A stretch of DNA of 64,000 nucleotides from Rhodothermales bacterium (GTDB taxonomy: Bacteria; Bacteroidota; Rhodothermia; Rhodothermales; Bin80): NCBI GenBank assembly GCA_028278205.1, contig JANQES010000120.1, forward strand, positions 27,643-91,642, read 5' to 3'. Shown here one piece after another: positions 28,214 through 38,980 of the stretch. The translations under genes were made by a program, and so were the position numbers. Each line of letters starts with the position of its first letter. Positions within the stretch are counted from its first letter, which is position 1. The notes under the pieces are model-generated. The model did not search any database, was not told the origin of the DNA, and saw nothing but the letters and a program-made list of their open reading frames with translations.

Positions 28214-29764
28214 TCACCGGCTCCGCAGGTCGATTTTGTGGCGGATCTCGTCGATCATCTCCCGAAACTTCTGATTCGTCTCGATCTGATTCTCGACGCT
28301 CTGGTTGGCGTGGATCACCGTCGAGTGATCGCGTCCGCCGAAGTGCAGGCCGATGGTTTTGAGCGAATGCTGCGTCAGTTGCTTGGCAAAATACATCGCC
28401 ACCTGGCGGGCCTGCACCACCTCGCGTTTGCGCGTCTTGGCCCGCACCAGATCCTCCGGCATGTCGAAATATTCGCACACGATGCGCTGGATCTCCTCGA
28501 TCGTCAGGTTCACCCGCGTGTCTTTGACCATGTCGCGGAGCACCTCTTTAGCCAGCACGAGATCCACCTCCCGCTTGTGCAGCGTCGCGTGCGCCAGCAG
28601 CCGGATCAGGGCGCCCTCCAACTCGCGAATGTTGCTCTTGATGTTGTGCGCGATGAACTCGATGACGTCCGGCGGGAACTGGATGCCGTCGTCGTCGGCT
28701 TTGCGGCGCAGGATGGCGATGCGTGTCTCTAGCTCCGGCGGTTGCAGATCCGCCGTCAGGCCCCACTGAAAGCGCGAGAGCAACCGCTCTTCGATGCCTT
28801 GAATCTCGCGCGGCGGCCGGTCTGCCGAGAGCACAATTTGTTTGCTGCTCTGATGAAGGGCGTTGAAGATGTGGAAGAATTCCTCCTGCGTCTTTTCCTT
28901 GCCGCCGAAGAACTGCACGTCGTCGATGACCAGCAGATCGATCTGGCGATAGAACAGCGAGAACTGGCTGGCGCGGTTGTGCTGGATGGCCTGGACAAAC
29001 TCGTTGGTGAAGCGCTCGCTGGAAACGTAGAGCACCGACTCGACCTTGCGGTTTTGCTGGACGTAGTTGCCGATGGCCTGGATGAGGTGCGTCTTGCCGA
29101 GGCCCACGCCGCCGTAGATCAGAAAGGGGTTGAAGCTCGTCGTGCCGGGTTGTTGGGCGATGGCCAGCGAGGCGCTGCGGGCCAGGCGGTTGCAGTCGCC
29201 CTCGATGAAGCGTTCGAAGGTGTAGCTGGCGTTGAGCTGGCTGTCGATCTGCGCTTTCTGGATGCCCGGAATGACGAACGGGTTGGCGATGGGCAGCGGT
29301 TGTTGCGGGGCGCCGAAGGGCGTGGCCACGGGCGAGGGTTGGCGGCCCGGCGGGTGCGGTCCTCCAGGCGACGGGCCAGCGGGGGTGTTGCCGGGCGGGG
29401 CCGGGGCCTGCGGCATCACCGGCGGCGGTTCATTGGCAGGCTGGCGAGCCGGCAGGTGCATCGAGGCGCCTTCGTCGTCGCTGGCGGCGTCATCTTTTTT
29501 CTCGATCACGATGTTATAATAGAGCCGTCCTTCGGGTCCGAGGACCTTGGTGATCGTCTTGCGCAGCAGCGCGAAATAATGTTCTTCGAGCCATTCATAG
29601 TAGAACCGGCTGGGCAGTTGCACCGTCAGCTTCACCAGATCGCCTTCGGGTTCAAGGCTAACGGCTTTCAGGGGTTCGAACCATGTTTTAAAACTCTGCC
29701 GGGTGATGTTGTCTCGGATGATTTCGAGACAGGCTTTCCAGACCGATTCCGGGGTTTGCTCCAT
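28214..29764 (-). CDS. dnaA: Chromosomal replication initiator DnaA
   Basis: YTFERFIEG, YGGVGLGKTHL, IDDVQF, RELEGAL, FGGRDHSTVIHA. Confidence 0.99.
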   Translation of the reverse strand: MEQTPESVWKACLEIIRDNITRQSFKTWFEPLKAVSLEPEGDLVKLTVQLPSRFYYEWLEEHYFALLRKTITKVLGPEGRLYYNIVIEKKDDAASDDEGASMHLPARQPANEPPPVMPQAPAPPGNTPAGPSPGGPHPPGRQPSPVATPFGAPQQPLPIANPFVIPGIQKAQIDSQLNASYTFERFIEGDCNRLARSASLAIAQQPGTTSFNPFLIYGGVGLGKTHLIQAIGNYVQQNRKVESVLYVSSERFTNEFVQAIQHNRASQFSLFYRQIDLLVIDDVQFFGGKEKTQEEFFHIFNALHQSSKQIVLSADRPPREIQGIEERLLSRFQWGLTADLQPPELETRIAILRRKADDDGIQFPPDVIEFIAHNIKSNIRELEGALIRLLAHATLHKREVDLVLAKEVLRDMVKDTRVNLTIEEIQRIVCEYFDMPEDLVRAKTRKREVVQARQVAMYFAKQLTQHSLKTIGLHFGGRDHSTVIHANQSVENQIETNQKFREMIDEIRHKIDLRSR

Positions 29765-30614
29765 GAGTTGATCCTACATACGCAATAACTCACAGACCCA
29801 GGCCTGCGAGGATGGTGAAACAAGGTGACGATGGGACGCTAGGCGGCCATGACGGCTCCCTCGAAAGCTCCAAAACAGATAACAAAGAAAGCGCACTCGG
29901 GGGAGAGAGCGCTCGTATCGATGCGCTATGCACGATGTTATTAACAATCGCCCCGGGCGCCGGGGGGCCATTGCCAGCCTGCGTCGGGTGAGAACGCTGC
30001 CGTCTCGTAGCTTTTCAACAAAAAATGAACAGGCACTAAATGACTAAAAAGAAAGAGCTTACGAGATGCACGACCTTGCTTATGCACATCGCCATCAGGA
30101 AAGTGCAACCGGAACCTCCTGCTCATTGGCAATACTGCAAGTTATCCACAAGTTGCCAACAATTGAAGCAACTCTGCGACGGTGCGTTTCGAAACGCGTC
30201 TTGACCCATCAGAGCGCACCGTCGCACAGGTGCTTCCTATCGAAGCGCCAGGCCCATCCAGCTTCAATAGGAATGTTCGGTCGGGGTATGAACCGGGGCG
30301 CCGAAAGACGCATGGGGGGCCGGTTCCGTGTTATCCTAATGTTACCTGCCTATGGTAACTATTCCGGCGGGCAACGTCAAGCAGATCAGAGAGGATTTCA
30401 CAACATTTAAGATGAGTCTTATATACCTCCTCAGGAAGGCCGTTTTGGCCGGCGGCTTCATCGATTTTTTTCACAGCCGGCCTTGCGCCGGCGCCTTGCA
30501 GCGGAACTCTCTCTGGCCTATGTTCGTTGGTCTGGGCCTGTTTTTATCCAACGGCCCTCAGGCCCCCTCCCGGCAGGCGGCTCGCTGCCCGCCGGACGAC
30601 CCAACGACCGGACC
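29765..30614. other. Probable oriC region
   Basis: TTATCCACA 30142-30150, TTATGCACA 30080-30088, TTATTAACA 29938-29946 and other near-matches; 850-bp non-coding gap upstream of dnaA; housekeeping genes switch strand here. Confidence 0.75.
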
Positions 30615-31124
30615 ATGCTGCGCATCGATCTGGCGCCCCTTGGCGAAGGGGTACACGCCCTGGCGTTGAACCCGGAGGCCGAAGCCGTCGGGCTCGACCC
30701 GGATCAGTTTGCAGACCTCCACGTCGAGGCGACGCTCGACCTTTTTAACGACCGCATCCTGGTGACGCTCCAGGCCACGGCCACGGCCACGCTCGAATGC
30801 GACCGCACGCTCGCGCGCTTCGAGCAGCCCATCGCCGGCACCTACCGGATTCTCTTCGTCCCGCCGTCGTTTGCCCGGCGCGAGCAGGACGAGGCGCCCT
30901 ACGAGGAGGTGCGGGTGCTCGAAGACACCGACCGCACGCTCGACCTGACCGACGCCGTGCGCGACACCGTGCTGCTGGCCGTGCCGGCGCGCAAGGTGGC
31001 GCCGGGCGCCGAAGACATCGAGATTGAGACCATCTTCGGCGCCCCCGACACCGGCGGCGAGCCCGCCATCGACCCGCGCTGGGAGGCGCTACGGTCGCTA
31101 CAGACCGGCAACGACGCGGACTGA
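30615..31124 (+). CDS. yceD: DUF177/YceD family protein
   Basis: LECDRTL, LDLTDAVRDTVLLAVP, IDPRWEALRSL; upstream of rpmF. Confidence 0.9.
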   Translation: MLRIDLAPLGEGVHALALNPEAEAVGLDPDQFADLHVEATLDLFNDRILVTLQATATATLECDRTLARFEQPIAGTYRILFVPPSFARREQDEAPYEEVRVLEDTDRTLDLTDAVRDTVLLAVPARKVAPGAEDIEIETIFGAPDTGGEPAIDPRWEALRSLQTGNDAD

Positions 31125-31180
31125 TGTGACACTGATCGTCGTGACGTTCGAACGGCGAACCACGCAATCCTGAAAGAGCT

Positions 31181-31372
31181 ATGGCTAACCCGAAGCGAAA
31201 ACATTCGAAAGCGCGCACGCGCAAGCGCCGCAGCCAGTACTACGGCAGCCTGGACAAACCCGAGACGATGGAATGTCCTAATTGCGGCAACATGAAGTTG
31301 CGGCACCGTGCCTGCCCCAGTTGCGGCCACTATCGTGGGCGGCAGGTCATCGAGGCAGAGGAATCGCTCTAA
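31181..31372 (+). CDS. rpmF: 50S ribosomal protein L32
   Basis: MANPKRKHSKARTRKRR; CPNCG...HRACPSCGHYRGRQV. Confidence 0.97.
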   Translation: MANPKRKHSKARTRKRRSQYYGSLDKPETMECPNCGNMKLRHRACPSCGHYRGRQVIEAEESL

Positions 31373-31603
31373 GCCCATACCGGCCTGGTTTCTATTTTCA
31401 CATGCACGTTCTTGCTTCACGCGGGCCACCGGCGCGTGAAGCGGGGCGTGCATCGTTAGTTCTTAGGAATAACGGGCCGGAATTCTTCTTAACACCGGGT
31501 GTCGTATCTTGATGGGCCTTAACGGGTGCGGGGGTGTCTGGCCGGTAGCGCCGGGCATCCGCAACGGTACGACCGTCAAACTCGGAATCCCGAATCTTCG
31601 CAG

Positions 31604-32614
31604 ATGGCTATACGAGTTGCCGTAGATGCAATGGGGGGGGACGATGCGCCCGCCGTCGTCGTTGAGGGTGCTGTGCGCGCGGTGCGGCAGGCCTCGGAGC
31701 CGCTGCGTGTCTTGCTTTTCGGACCCGAAGCCGAGCTTCGCGCCGCCCTCGCCGCGCAAGGCGCCACCGAAGACGAGGCCCTCGCCATCATCGACGCACC
31801 GGAGGTCATCGGTATGGCCGAGGCGCCGGTGGCCGCCGCCAAAGCCAAGCCAAATTCGTCGATTCATCGGGGGTTGGGCGCGCACAAGCAGGGCCTGGCC
31901 GACGCCTTCCTGAGCGCGGGCAACACCGGCGCGGTGATGGCGGCCTCGCTGTTCATCCTGGGGCGCCTGCCGGGCGTGGCGCGGCCTTCGCTCCCGACGT
32001 ATTACCCGACCACCAAAGGCGTCTGCCTGGTGCTCGACGCCGGGTCGAACATGGATTGCAAGCCGGAGCATCTGCTTCAGTTTGCCCGGATGGGCGCCAT
32101 CTATGCGCAACACCTGCTGAAGATCGAACAGCCCGCCGTCGGGTTGCTCAACGTGGGCGAGGAGCCCGGCAAAGGCAATGACGCGGTCAAGGCCGCTTAT
32201 GCGTTGTTGCAGCAAAGGCCGGAACTGCATTTTGTGGGAAACGTCGAAGGCCGCGACGTGATGCACCATCGGGCCGATGTGGTCGTCTGCGACGGGTTCG
32301 TCGGCAACGTCATCCTCAAGCTCGGCGAGAGCATCATGACGGCCTTGCCGAAGATGATCGAGCAGGAGATGGCGGATCTCGGCCTGGCGCCGGAGCATCA
32401 GCAGACGGTCTGGCACGTGCTGGGCAGCCTGCGAAGGCGCTTCAACCCGGAAGACTACGGCGGCGGCTCGCCCCTGCTGGGCATCGAAGGCACGGTCTTC
32501 GTCGGCCACGGCAGTTCCAGCGCCCGCGCCGTCGAGCGCCTGATCCTGACGGCGGCCCGCGCCGCTTCGTTGAACCTGACCCGTTCCATCGCCGACGCCT
32601 TCAACGGCACATGA
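31604..32614 (+). CDS. plsX: Phosphate acyltransferase
   Basis: [37 protein letters not shown]. Confidence 0.96.
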   Translation: MAIRVAVDAMGGDDAPAVVVEGAVRAVRQASEPLRVLLFGPEAELRAALAAQGATEDEALAIIDAPEVIGMAEAPVAAAKAKPNSSIHRGLGAHKQGLADAFLSAGNTGAVMAASLFILGRLPGVARPSLPTYYPTTKGVCLVLDAGSNMDCKPEHLLQFARMGAIYAQHLLKIEQPAVGLLNVGEEPGKGNDAVKAAYALLQQRPELHFVGNVEGRDVMHHRADVVVCDGFVGNVILKLGESIMTALPKMIEQEMADLGLAPEHQQTVWHVLGSLRRRFNPEDYGGGSPLLGIEGTVFVGHGSSSARAVERLILTAARAASLNLTRSIADAFNGT

Positions 32615-32729
32615 GGGTTTAGCAGGTGGATTTACGCATAACGGAGAGAAGAAATCTCCCTTTCACCCGTTCTCCCTCTCGATAAGATCTCTCTCAATCA
32701 ACTCTGACAAAGCTCAAACCGCCCCCACT

Positions 32730-33764
32730 ATGACGCGAGCTGCCATCACCGCCGTCGGGCATTATCTGCCCGAAGATCGCCTGACCAACGAAGACCTCGA
32801 ACGCATGGTCGATACCAACGACGAGTGGATTCGAACACGCACGGGCATCAGCGAACGGCGCATCCTCTGGGACAACGATAAGGCGACCTCGTACATGGCT
32901 ATCAAAGCCGCCAACGAGTTGCTCGACAAGCGCGGCATCGGCGCCGAAGAGATCGATGTCATCCTCGTCGCCACGGTCACGCCAGACATGCTTTTTCCCG
33001 CCACGGCGTGCCTTGTTCAGGCCGGCATCGGCGCGACGAGGGCGTGGGGCTTCGACATCTCGGCGGCGTGCAGCGGCTTTCTGTTTGCCTTGAACACGGG
33101 CGCCCGCTTCGTCGAGAGTGGCCAGCACCAGAAGGTGATGGTCATCGGCGCCGACAAGATGAGCAGCATCATCGATTACACCGACCGCAACACGTGCGTG
33201 CTTTTTGGCGATGGCGCCGCTGCCGTCTTGCTCGAACCCGCCCCCGACGGCTACGGCCTCATCGACTCGGTGCTCAAGTGCGACGGCAACAACTGGGAGG
33301 CCTTGCGGATGCTCGGCGGCGGCAGCCTCAACCCGCCGACCCACGAGACGATCGATCAGCGGATGCATTATATCTACCAGGAAGGCCGGACGGTCTTCAA
33401 GGTGGCCGTCCAGGGTATGGCCGACGTTGCCGCTGAGGTGATGCAGCGCAACGGCCTCACGGGCGACGACATCCGCTACCTCGTGCCGCATCAGGCCAAC
33501 GAGCGTATCATCGGGGCTACGGCGCGTCGTATGGGCATTACCATGGAGAAGGTGATGCTCAACATCAGCCGCTACGGCAACACCACCGCCGCGACGATTC
33601 CGCTGTGCCTCCACGACTGGGAGCGCCAACTCCATCGCGGCGACAACCTCGTGCTGGCGGCTTTCGGCGGCGGCTTTACCTGGGGCGCTACCTACCTCAA
33701 ATGGGCCTACGACGGCGCCGACGTGGCCGCCGAAGCCGAAGCCGAAATGGCGACGGAAGCATAA
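32730..33764 (+). CDS. fabH: Beta-ketoacyl-ACP synthase III
   Basis: [37 protein letters not shown]. Confidence 0.97.
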   Translation: MTRAAITAVGHYLPEDRLTNEDLERMVDTNDEWIRTRTGISERRILWDNDKATSYMAIKAANELLDKRGIGAEEIDVILVATVTPDMLFPATACLVQAGIGATRAWGFDISAACSGFLFALNTGARFVESGQHQKVMVIGADKMSSIIDYTDRNTCVLFGDGAAAVLLEPAPDGYGLIDSVLKCDGNNWEALRMLGGGSLNPPTHETIDQRMHYIYQEGRTVFKVAVQGMADVAAEVMQRNGLTGDDIRYLVPHQANERIIGATARRMGITMEKVMLNISRYGNTTAATIPLCLHDWERQLHRGDNLVLAAFGGGFTWGATYLKWAYDGADVAAEAEAEMATEA

Positions 33765-33770
33765 TCTCTC

Positions 33771-33850
33771 ATTGCGGAATTCGGAATTCGGATTGCGGAA
33801 TTGTCTCAAAGGACACCCAATCCAAAATCCAAAATCCAAAATCCAAAATG
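33771..33850. repeat. Family A-related element (CGGAATT)n...(TCCAAAA)n ending in the fabD start codon
   Basis: GCGGAATTCGGAATTCGGATTGCGGAATT ... CCAATCCAAAATCCAAAATCCAAAATCCAAAATG. Confidence 0.8.
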
Positions 33851-34801
33851 AAAACAGCGTTTCTCTTTCCCGGCCAGGGGTCGCAGTACGTGGGGATGGG
33901 GCGGGATCTGTATGAGGCGTTTCCGCAGGCCCGCGCCCGCTTCGAGGCCGCCGATGCCTTGTTGGACATCCCGCTGACCCGGCTCAAGTTCGGCGCAGGG
34001 GGCGATGCCGACGCCGAGGCCGAAGCGCTCACGCAAACCGACGTGACGCAGCCGGCCATCTACGTCCACAGCATGGCCGTGATGGCGGTGCTGGCCGAAC
34101 ACGGCCTGGAGCCGGACATGACCGCCGGCCATAGTCTCGGCGAATACAGCGCGCTGGCGGCTGCCGGCGCCATTCGCTTCGAAGACGGCCTGCGCATCGT
34201 CCGGCTGCGCGGCCAGCTTATGGCCGAAGCCGGCGAGAAGCGGCCCGGCACCATGGCCGCCATCCTGGGCATGGGCGACGAAGACGTCGAACACCTCTGC
34301 CTCGAAGCCTCGGAGGGCAGCCACTACGTCCACCCGGCCAACTTCAATGCGCCCGGCCAGGTAGTCATCTCCGGCGATGTGCGGGCCGTCTACAAAGCCA
34401 TCGCGCTGGCTAAAGAGCGCGGCGCGCGGCGGGCGCTGCCGCTCAAAGTCAGCGGCGCGTTTCATTCTCCGTTGATGGATTATGCCCGCGACGGCCTGGC
34501 CATGGCGCTGATCAAGCTCGATATTCAGGAGCCGCGTTGCCCGGTCTATCTCAACGTCACCGGCGAGCCGACGACCACACCGCTGGAGATCCGCGAGCGC
34601 CTGCTCGAACAACTCATGGCGCCGGTGATGTGGTCGCAAACACTCCAGAACATGCACGCCGACGGGGCGCAGCGCTTCGTGGAGGTCGGCCCCGGCAAGG
34701 TCCTCTCCGGCCTGGTGCGCCGCACCCTGGGCCGCGACCTCGAAACCACCCCCGCCGGCAAAGCCGCCGAATTGCACGGCCTGGCCGAGGCGGTTGGGTA
34801 A
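33848..34801 (+). CDS. fabD: Malonyl-CoA-ACP transacylase
   Basis: FPGQGSQ, TQPAI, GHSLGEY, VSGAFHS, EVGPGKVL. Confidence 0.97.
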   Translation: MKTAFLFPGQGSQYVGMGRDLYEAFPQARARFEAADALLDIPLTRLKFGAGGDADAEAEALTQTDVTQPAIYVHSMAVMAVLAEHGLEPDMTAGHSLGEYSALAAAGAIRFEDGLRIVRLRGQLMAEAGEKRPGTMAAILGMGDEDVEHLCLEASEGSHYVHPANFNAPGQVVISGDVRAVYKAIALAKERGARRALPLKVSGAFHSPLMDYARDGLAMALIKLDIQEPRCPVYLNVTGEPTTTPLEIRERLLEQLMAPVMWSQTLQNMHADGAQRFVEVGPGKVLSGLVRRTLGRDLETTPAGKAAELHGLAEAVG

Positions 34802-34830
34802 ACCTTTTAATTTTTTCGCCAGAAAAAATT

Positions 34831-35574
34831 ATGGATTTCACAGGGAAAAGCGTCCTCGTCACCGGGGGCACACGGGGGATCGGGCGGGCCATCGTCGAGG
34901 CTTTTGCTGAAGCCGGGGCGCGGGTGGCCTTCACGTATCGCTCGTCGTCGGACCAGGCCGAGGCGTTGCGCGCCAGGCTCGAAGAGCAGGGCGTCGAAGC
35001 GCTCGTCTTTCAGGGCGATGCCGCCGATGCCGGGGCCGCCCAGGAAGCCATCGACGGCGTGCTCGAAGCCTGGGGACGGCTCGACGTGCTCGTCAACAAC
35101 GCCGGCATCACCCGCGACAACCTGATGCTGCGCATGAGCGAGGACGACTGGGACGCCGTCATCAACACCAATCTCAAGAGCGTTTTCAACTTTTCCAAAG
35201 CCGCCTACCGGCCCATGATGAAGCAGCGCGGCGGCAAGATCGTCAACATCTCGTCGGTCGTCGGGGTCACGGGCAATCCGGGGCAGACCAACTACGCGGC
35301 TTCCAAAGCCGGCATCATCGGCTTTTCGAAGAGTCTCGCCAAAGAACTCGGACGCCGAGGCATCACGATCAACGTCGTCGCGCCGGGTTACGTCGAGACC
35401 GATATGACGGCGGCCATTGCCGAGAAGGCGCGCGAGGCCATGCTCGGCGCGATCCCGCTGGCACGCCCGGCCACACCCCAGGACATCGCCGGCGCCGTGC
35501 TGTTCCTGGCCTCCTCCCACGCCGACTACATCACCGGCCACGTCCTCCACGTCGACGGCGGACTAGCCATGTGA
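34831..35574 (+). CDS. fabG: 3-oxoacyl-ACP reductase
   Basis: TGGTRGIG, NNAGITRD, NYAASKAG, LHVDGGLAM. Confidence 0.96.
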   Translation: MDFTGKSVLVTGGTRGIGRAIVEAFAEAGARVAFTYRSSSDQAEALRARLEEQGVEALVFQGDAADAGAAQEAIDGVLEAWGRLDVLVNNAGITRDNLMLRMSEDDWDAVINTNLKSVFNFSKAAYRPMMKQRGGKIVNISSVVGVTGNPGQTNYAASKAGIIGFSKSLAKELGRRGITINVVAPGYVETDMTAAIAEKAREAMLGAIPLARPATPQDIAGAVLFLASSHADYITGHVLHVDGGLAM

Positions 35575-35610
35575 TTTTTCTTTTTGATTGCGCGCAATCA
35601 AAAAGAAAAA
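35575..35610. terminator. Perfect AT-rich palindrome after fabG
   Basis: TTTTTCTTTTTGATTGCGCGCAATCAAAAAGAAAAA. Confidence 0.6.
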
Positions 35611-35674
35611 TGAGGATCGCATCCAGCGATGGGGCGTATGAGCCTTTCTGCTCATCACGGAAAACCCACCCACA

Positions 35675-37207
<1,533 letters not shown>

Positions 37208-37212
37208 AGCGT

Positions 37213-37293
37213 TGGGTGTTTTAGTGTTATGGTGTTTGAGTGTTTTGGTTACTCATTCATCGACAAACTAAAACACTTGAACACTATAACACT
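37213..37293. repeat. Inverted octamer-tandem element (GTGTT/AACAC cores)
   Basis: GGGTGTTTTAGTGTTATGGTGTTTGAGTGTTTTGGTT ... AACTAAAACACTTGAACACTATAACACTC. Confidence 0.75.
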
Positions 37294-37309
37294 CGAAATC
37301 AGTCATTTC

Positions 37310-38449
37310 ATGATTCGCGTTTTCCTCCTGATGATCGTGCCATTGCTGCTCGCCGCATCGGTCCAGGCCCAGCCCACGCCCGATTCGACACTGGCCGACT
37401 CGACGCTGGCCGAAGCCTATCGCATCTTCCGCGTCGACGGCCAAAGGGCCACGCTCGACGACGTGTTCGAGGCGATAGCCGCCGTGGACGTGGTCTTCCT
37501 CGGCGAACAACACGACGATCCCGTGGCGCACTACCTCCAGGCCGAACTCCTTACGCAGACTCGCGCCCGTATGGCGTCCGATGAGATGGCGCCGCGTCCC
37601 CTGGCGCTATCGCTGGAGATGTTCGAGCGCGACGTGCAACTCATCCTCGATGAATACCTGGACGATCTGATCACCGAGTCGCATTTCTTACGCAGCAGCC
37701 GGCCCTGGCAGAATTACAAGACCGATTACAGGCCGATGGTCGAGTTTATGAAGGCGCACGGGTTTCGGGTGCTGGCGGCCAACGCGCCGCGCCGGTACGC
37801 CAACCGCGTCTCGCGCAAGGGGCCGGCTTCGCTTGAGGATCTTTCGGTGTGGGCCAAGGGCTGGTTGCCGCCGTTGCCCACCCCCGGCCCCTCGCCCGCC
37901 TACAAGGCCAAGTGGGACAAGCTGATGGCCGAGATGATGGCCCCGAAAGACGAGCCCAAAGAAGACACCCCGCCCGCCGATACGACGGCCGAGCCCACCC
38001 CGGAGGCGCCGTCTCACAAGCCCAGCCACGAGGCGCGCAGAGCCGACACGACCATCACCCACACCCCTCAAAAAGCCGACACGACGGCCCAACACACGAT
38101 GCCGAAGGCCGAAGAAAAACCGGCCTCTCCGATGCACGGCCTCGGCTACATGCTCGACGCGCAGGCCTTCTGGGACGCCAACATGGCCTTCACCCTCCAC
38201 ATCCACCTGGCCGATTATCCGGGCTCGCTCGTGTTTCACGTAACCGGCAGCTTCCACGTCGAAGAGGGCCTCGGCACGCCGGCCCAACTCGAAATCTACC
38301 GCCCCGGCACGCGCCGCCTGATCATCGTCACCAAAGCCACCGACGACTTCACCACCTTCGACGCCGAAGAACACAGCAACCTCGGCGATTTCGTCATCCT
38401 GACCGACAAATCGCTGCCCCGCTCTTACGAATCGTCGATGCGGCAGTAG
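37310..38449 (+). CDS. ChaN-like (haem-uptake family) exported protein with low-complexity insert
   Basis: VVFLGEQHDD, LSLEMFERDVQ, LAANAPR, AQAFWDANMA, GSFHVE. Confidence 0.8.
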   Translation: MIRVFLLMIVPLLLAASVQAQPTPDSTLADSTLAEAYRIFRVDGQRATLDDVFEAIAAVDVVFLGEQHDDPVAHYLQAELLTQTRARMASDEMAPRPLALSLEMFERDVQLILDEYLDDLITESHFLRSSRPWQNYKTDYRPMVEFMKAHGFRVLAANAPRRYANRVSRKGPASLEDLSVWAKGWLPPLPTPGPSPAYKAKWDKLMAEMMAPKDEPKEDTPPADTTAEPTPEAPSHKPSHEARRADTTITHTPQKADTTAQHTMPKAEEKPASPMHGLGYMLDAQAFWDANMAFTLHIHLADYPGSLVFHVTGSFHVEEGLGTPAQLEIYRPGTRRLIIVTKATDDFTTFDAEEHSNLGDFVILTDKSLPRSYESSMRQ

Positions 38450-38515
38450 CGCAAATTTTGAAAAGCCGACGATATAAGTAACCATATCGCGGACACCAAA
38501 ATGCAACCGTGAGCT

Positions 38516-38908
38516 ATGGGAGACCGAAGAGAAAAACAACTCGAAATTGTGCTGAAGCTCAACAAGCTGACCAGACAGGGTCAAATTACCTGGGTGGGTG
38601 GCAATTCTTTATTGGAAGGGCTTCGGTTTTCTGCGAAATTCAAAAACCGAAATTTTCTTCTGACAGACTCGCCCAGTGATCTCTTTGGCAAGATGGTTCA
38701 AGAAGCTAAGGTAGGAGTTTTAGCAGGCAAGACGTCAAAAATTAACTTGTTAATCCGAGACGATGATAAAGAAATATGGATTCCCCCCATGCCAGCCTTG
38801 GATGATCTGGCTCGCACCGTTCACCATCAAGTGACGAGAGGAGACACCCGAGATCTCGATCAGGTACTCAAAGATTTAGAGGAGGCAGAAAATCTCCTCG
38901 AAGATTGA
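38516..38908 (+). CDS. Hypothetical protein, lower GC than neighbours
   Basis: 130-aa ORF filling the gap; no recognised motif. Confidence 0.6.
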   Translation: MGDRREKQLEIVLKLNKLTRQGQITWVGGNSLLEGLRFSAKFKNRNFLLTDSPSDLFGKMVQEAKVGVLAGKTSKINLLIRDDDKEIWIPPMPALDDLARTVHHQVTRGDTRDLDQVLKDLEEAENLLED

Positions 38909-38926
38909 CGTCCTGAAGAAGATGAA

Positions 38927-38961
38927 CAGGTGCCCGGCACCTTGACAATGCCGGGCACCTG
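38927..38961. repeat. REP-like palindrome between convergent genes
   Basis: CAGGTGCCCGGCA-CCTTGACAA-TGCCGGGCACCTG. Confidence 0.7.
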
Positions 38962-38980
38962 CTCGCAACAAATCCACCAA

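Noticed and set aside
30483-30614. Upstream extensions of ORF-track starts for yceD, plsX, fabD, fabG, tsf and rplM
   Set aside because: Recognisable homology begins at later ATGs; the extensions run through repeats or the origin region
38232-38247. Second parS-like site TGTTTCACGTAACCGG
   Set aside because: Only one half matches; within coding sequence
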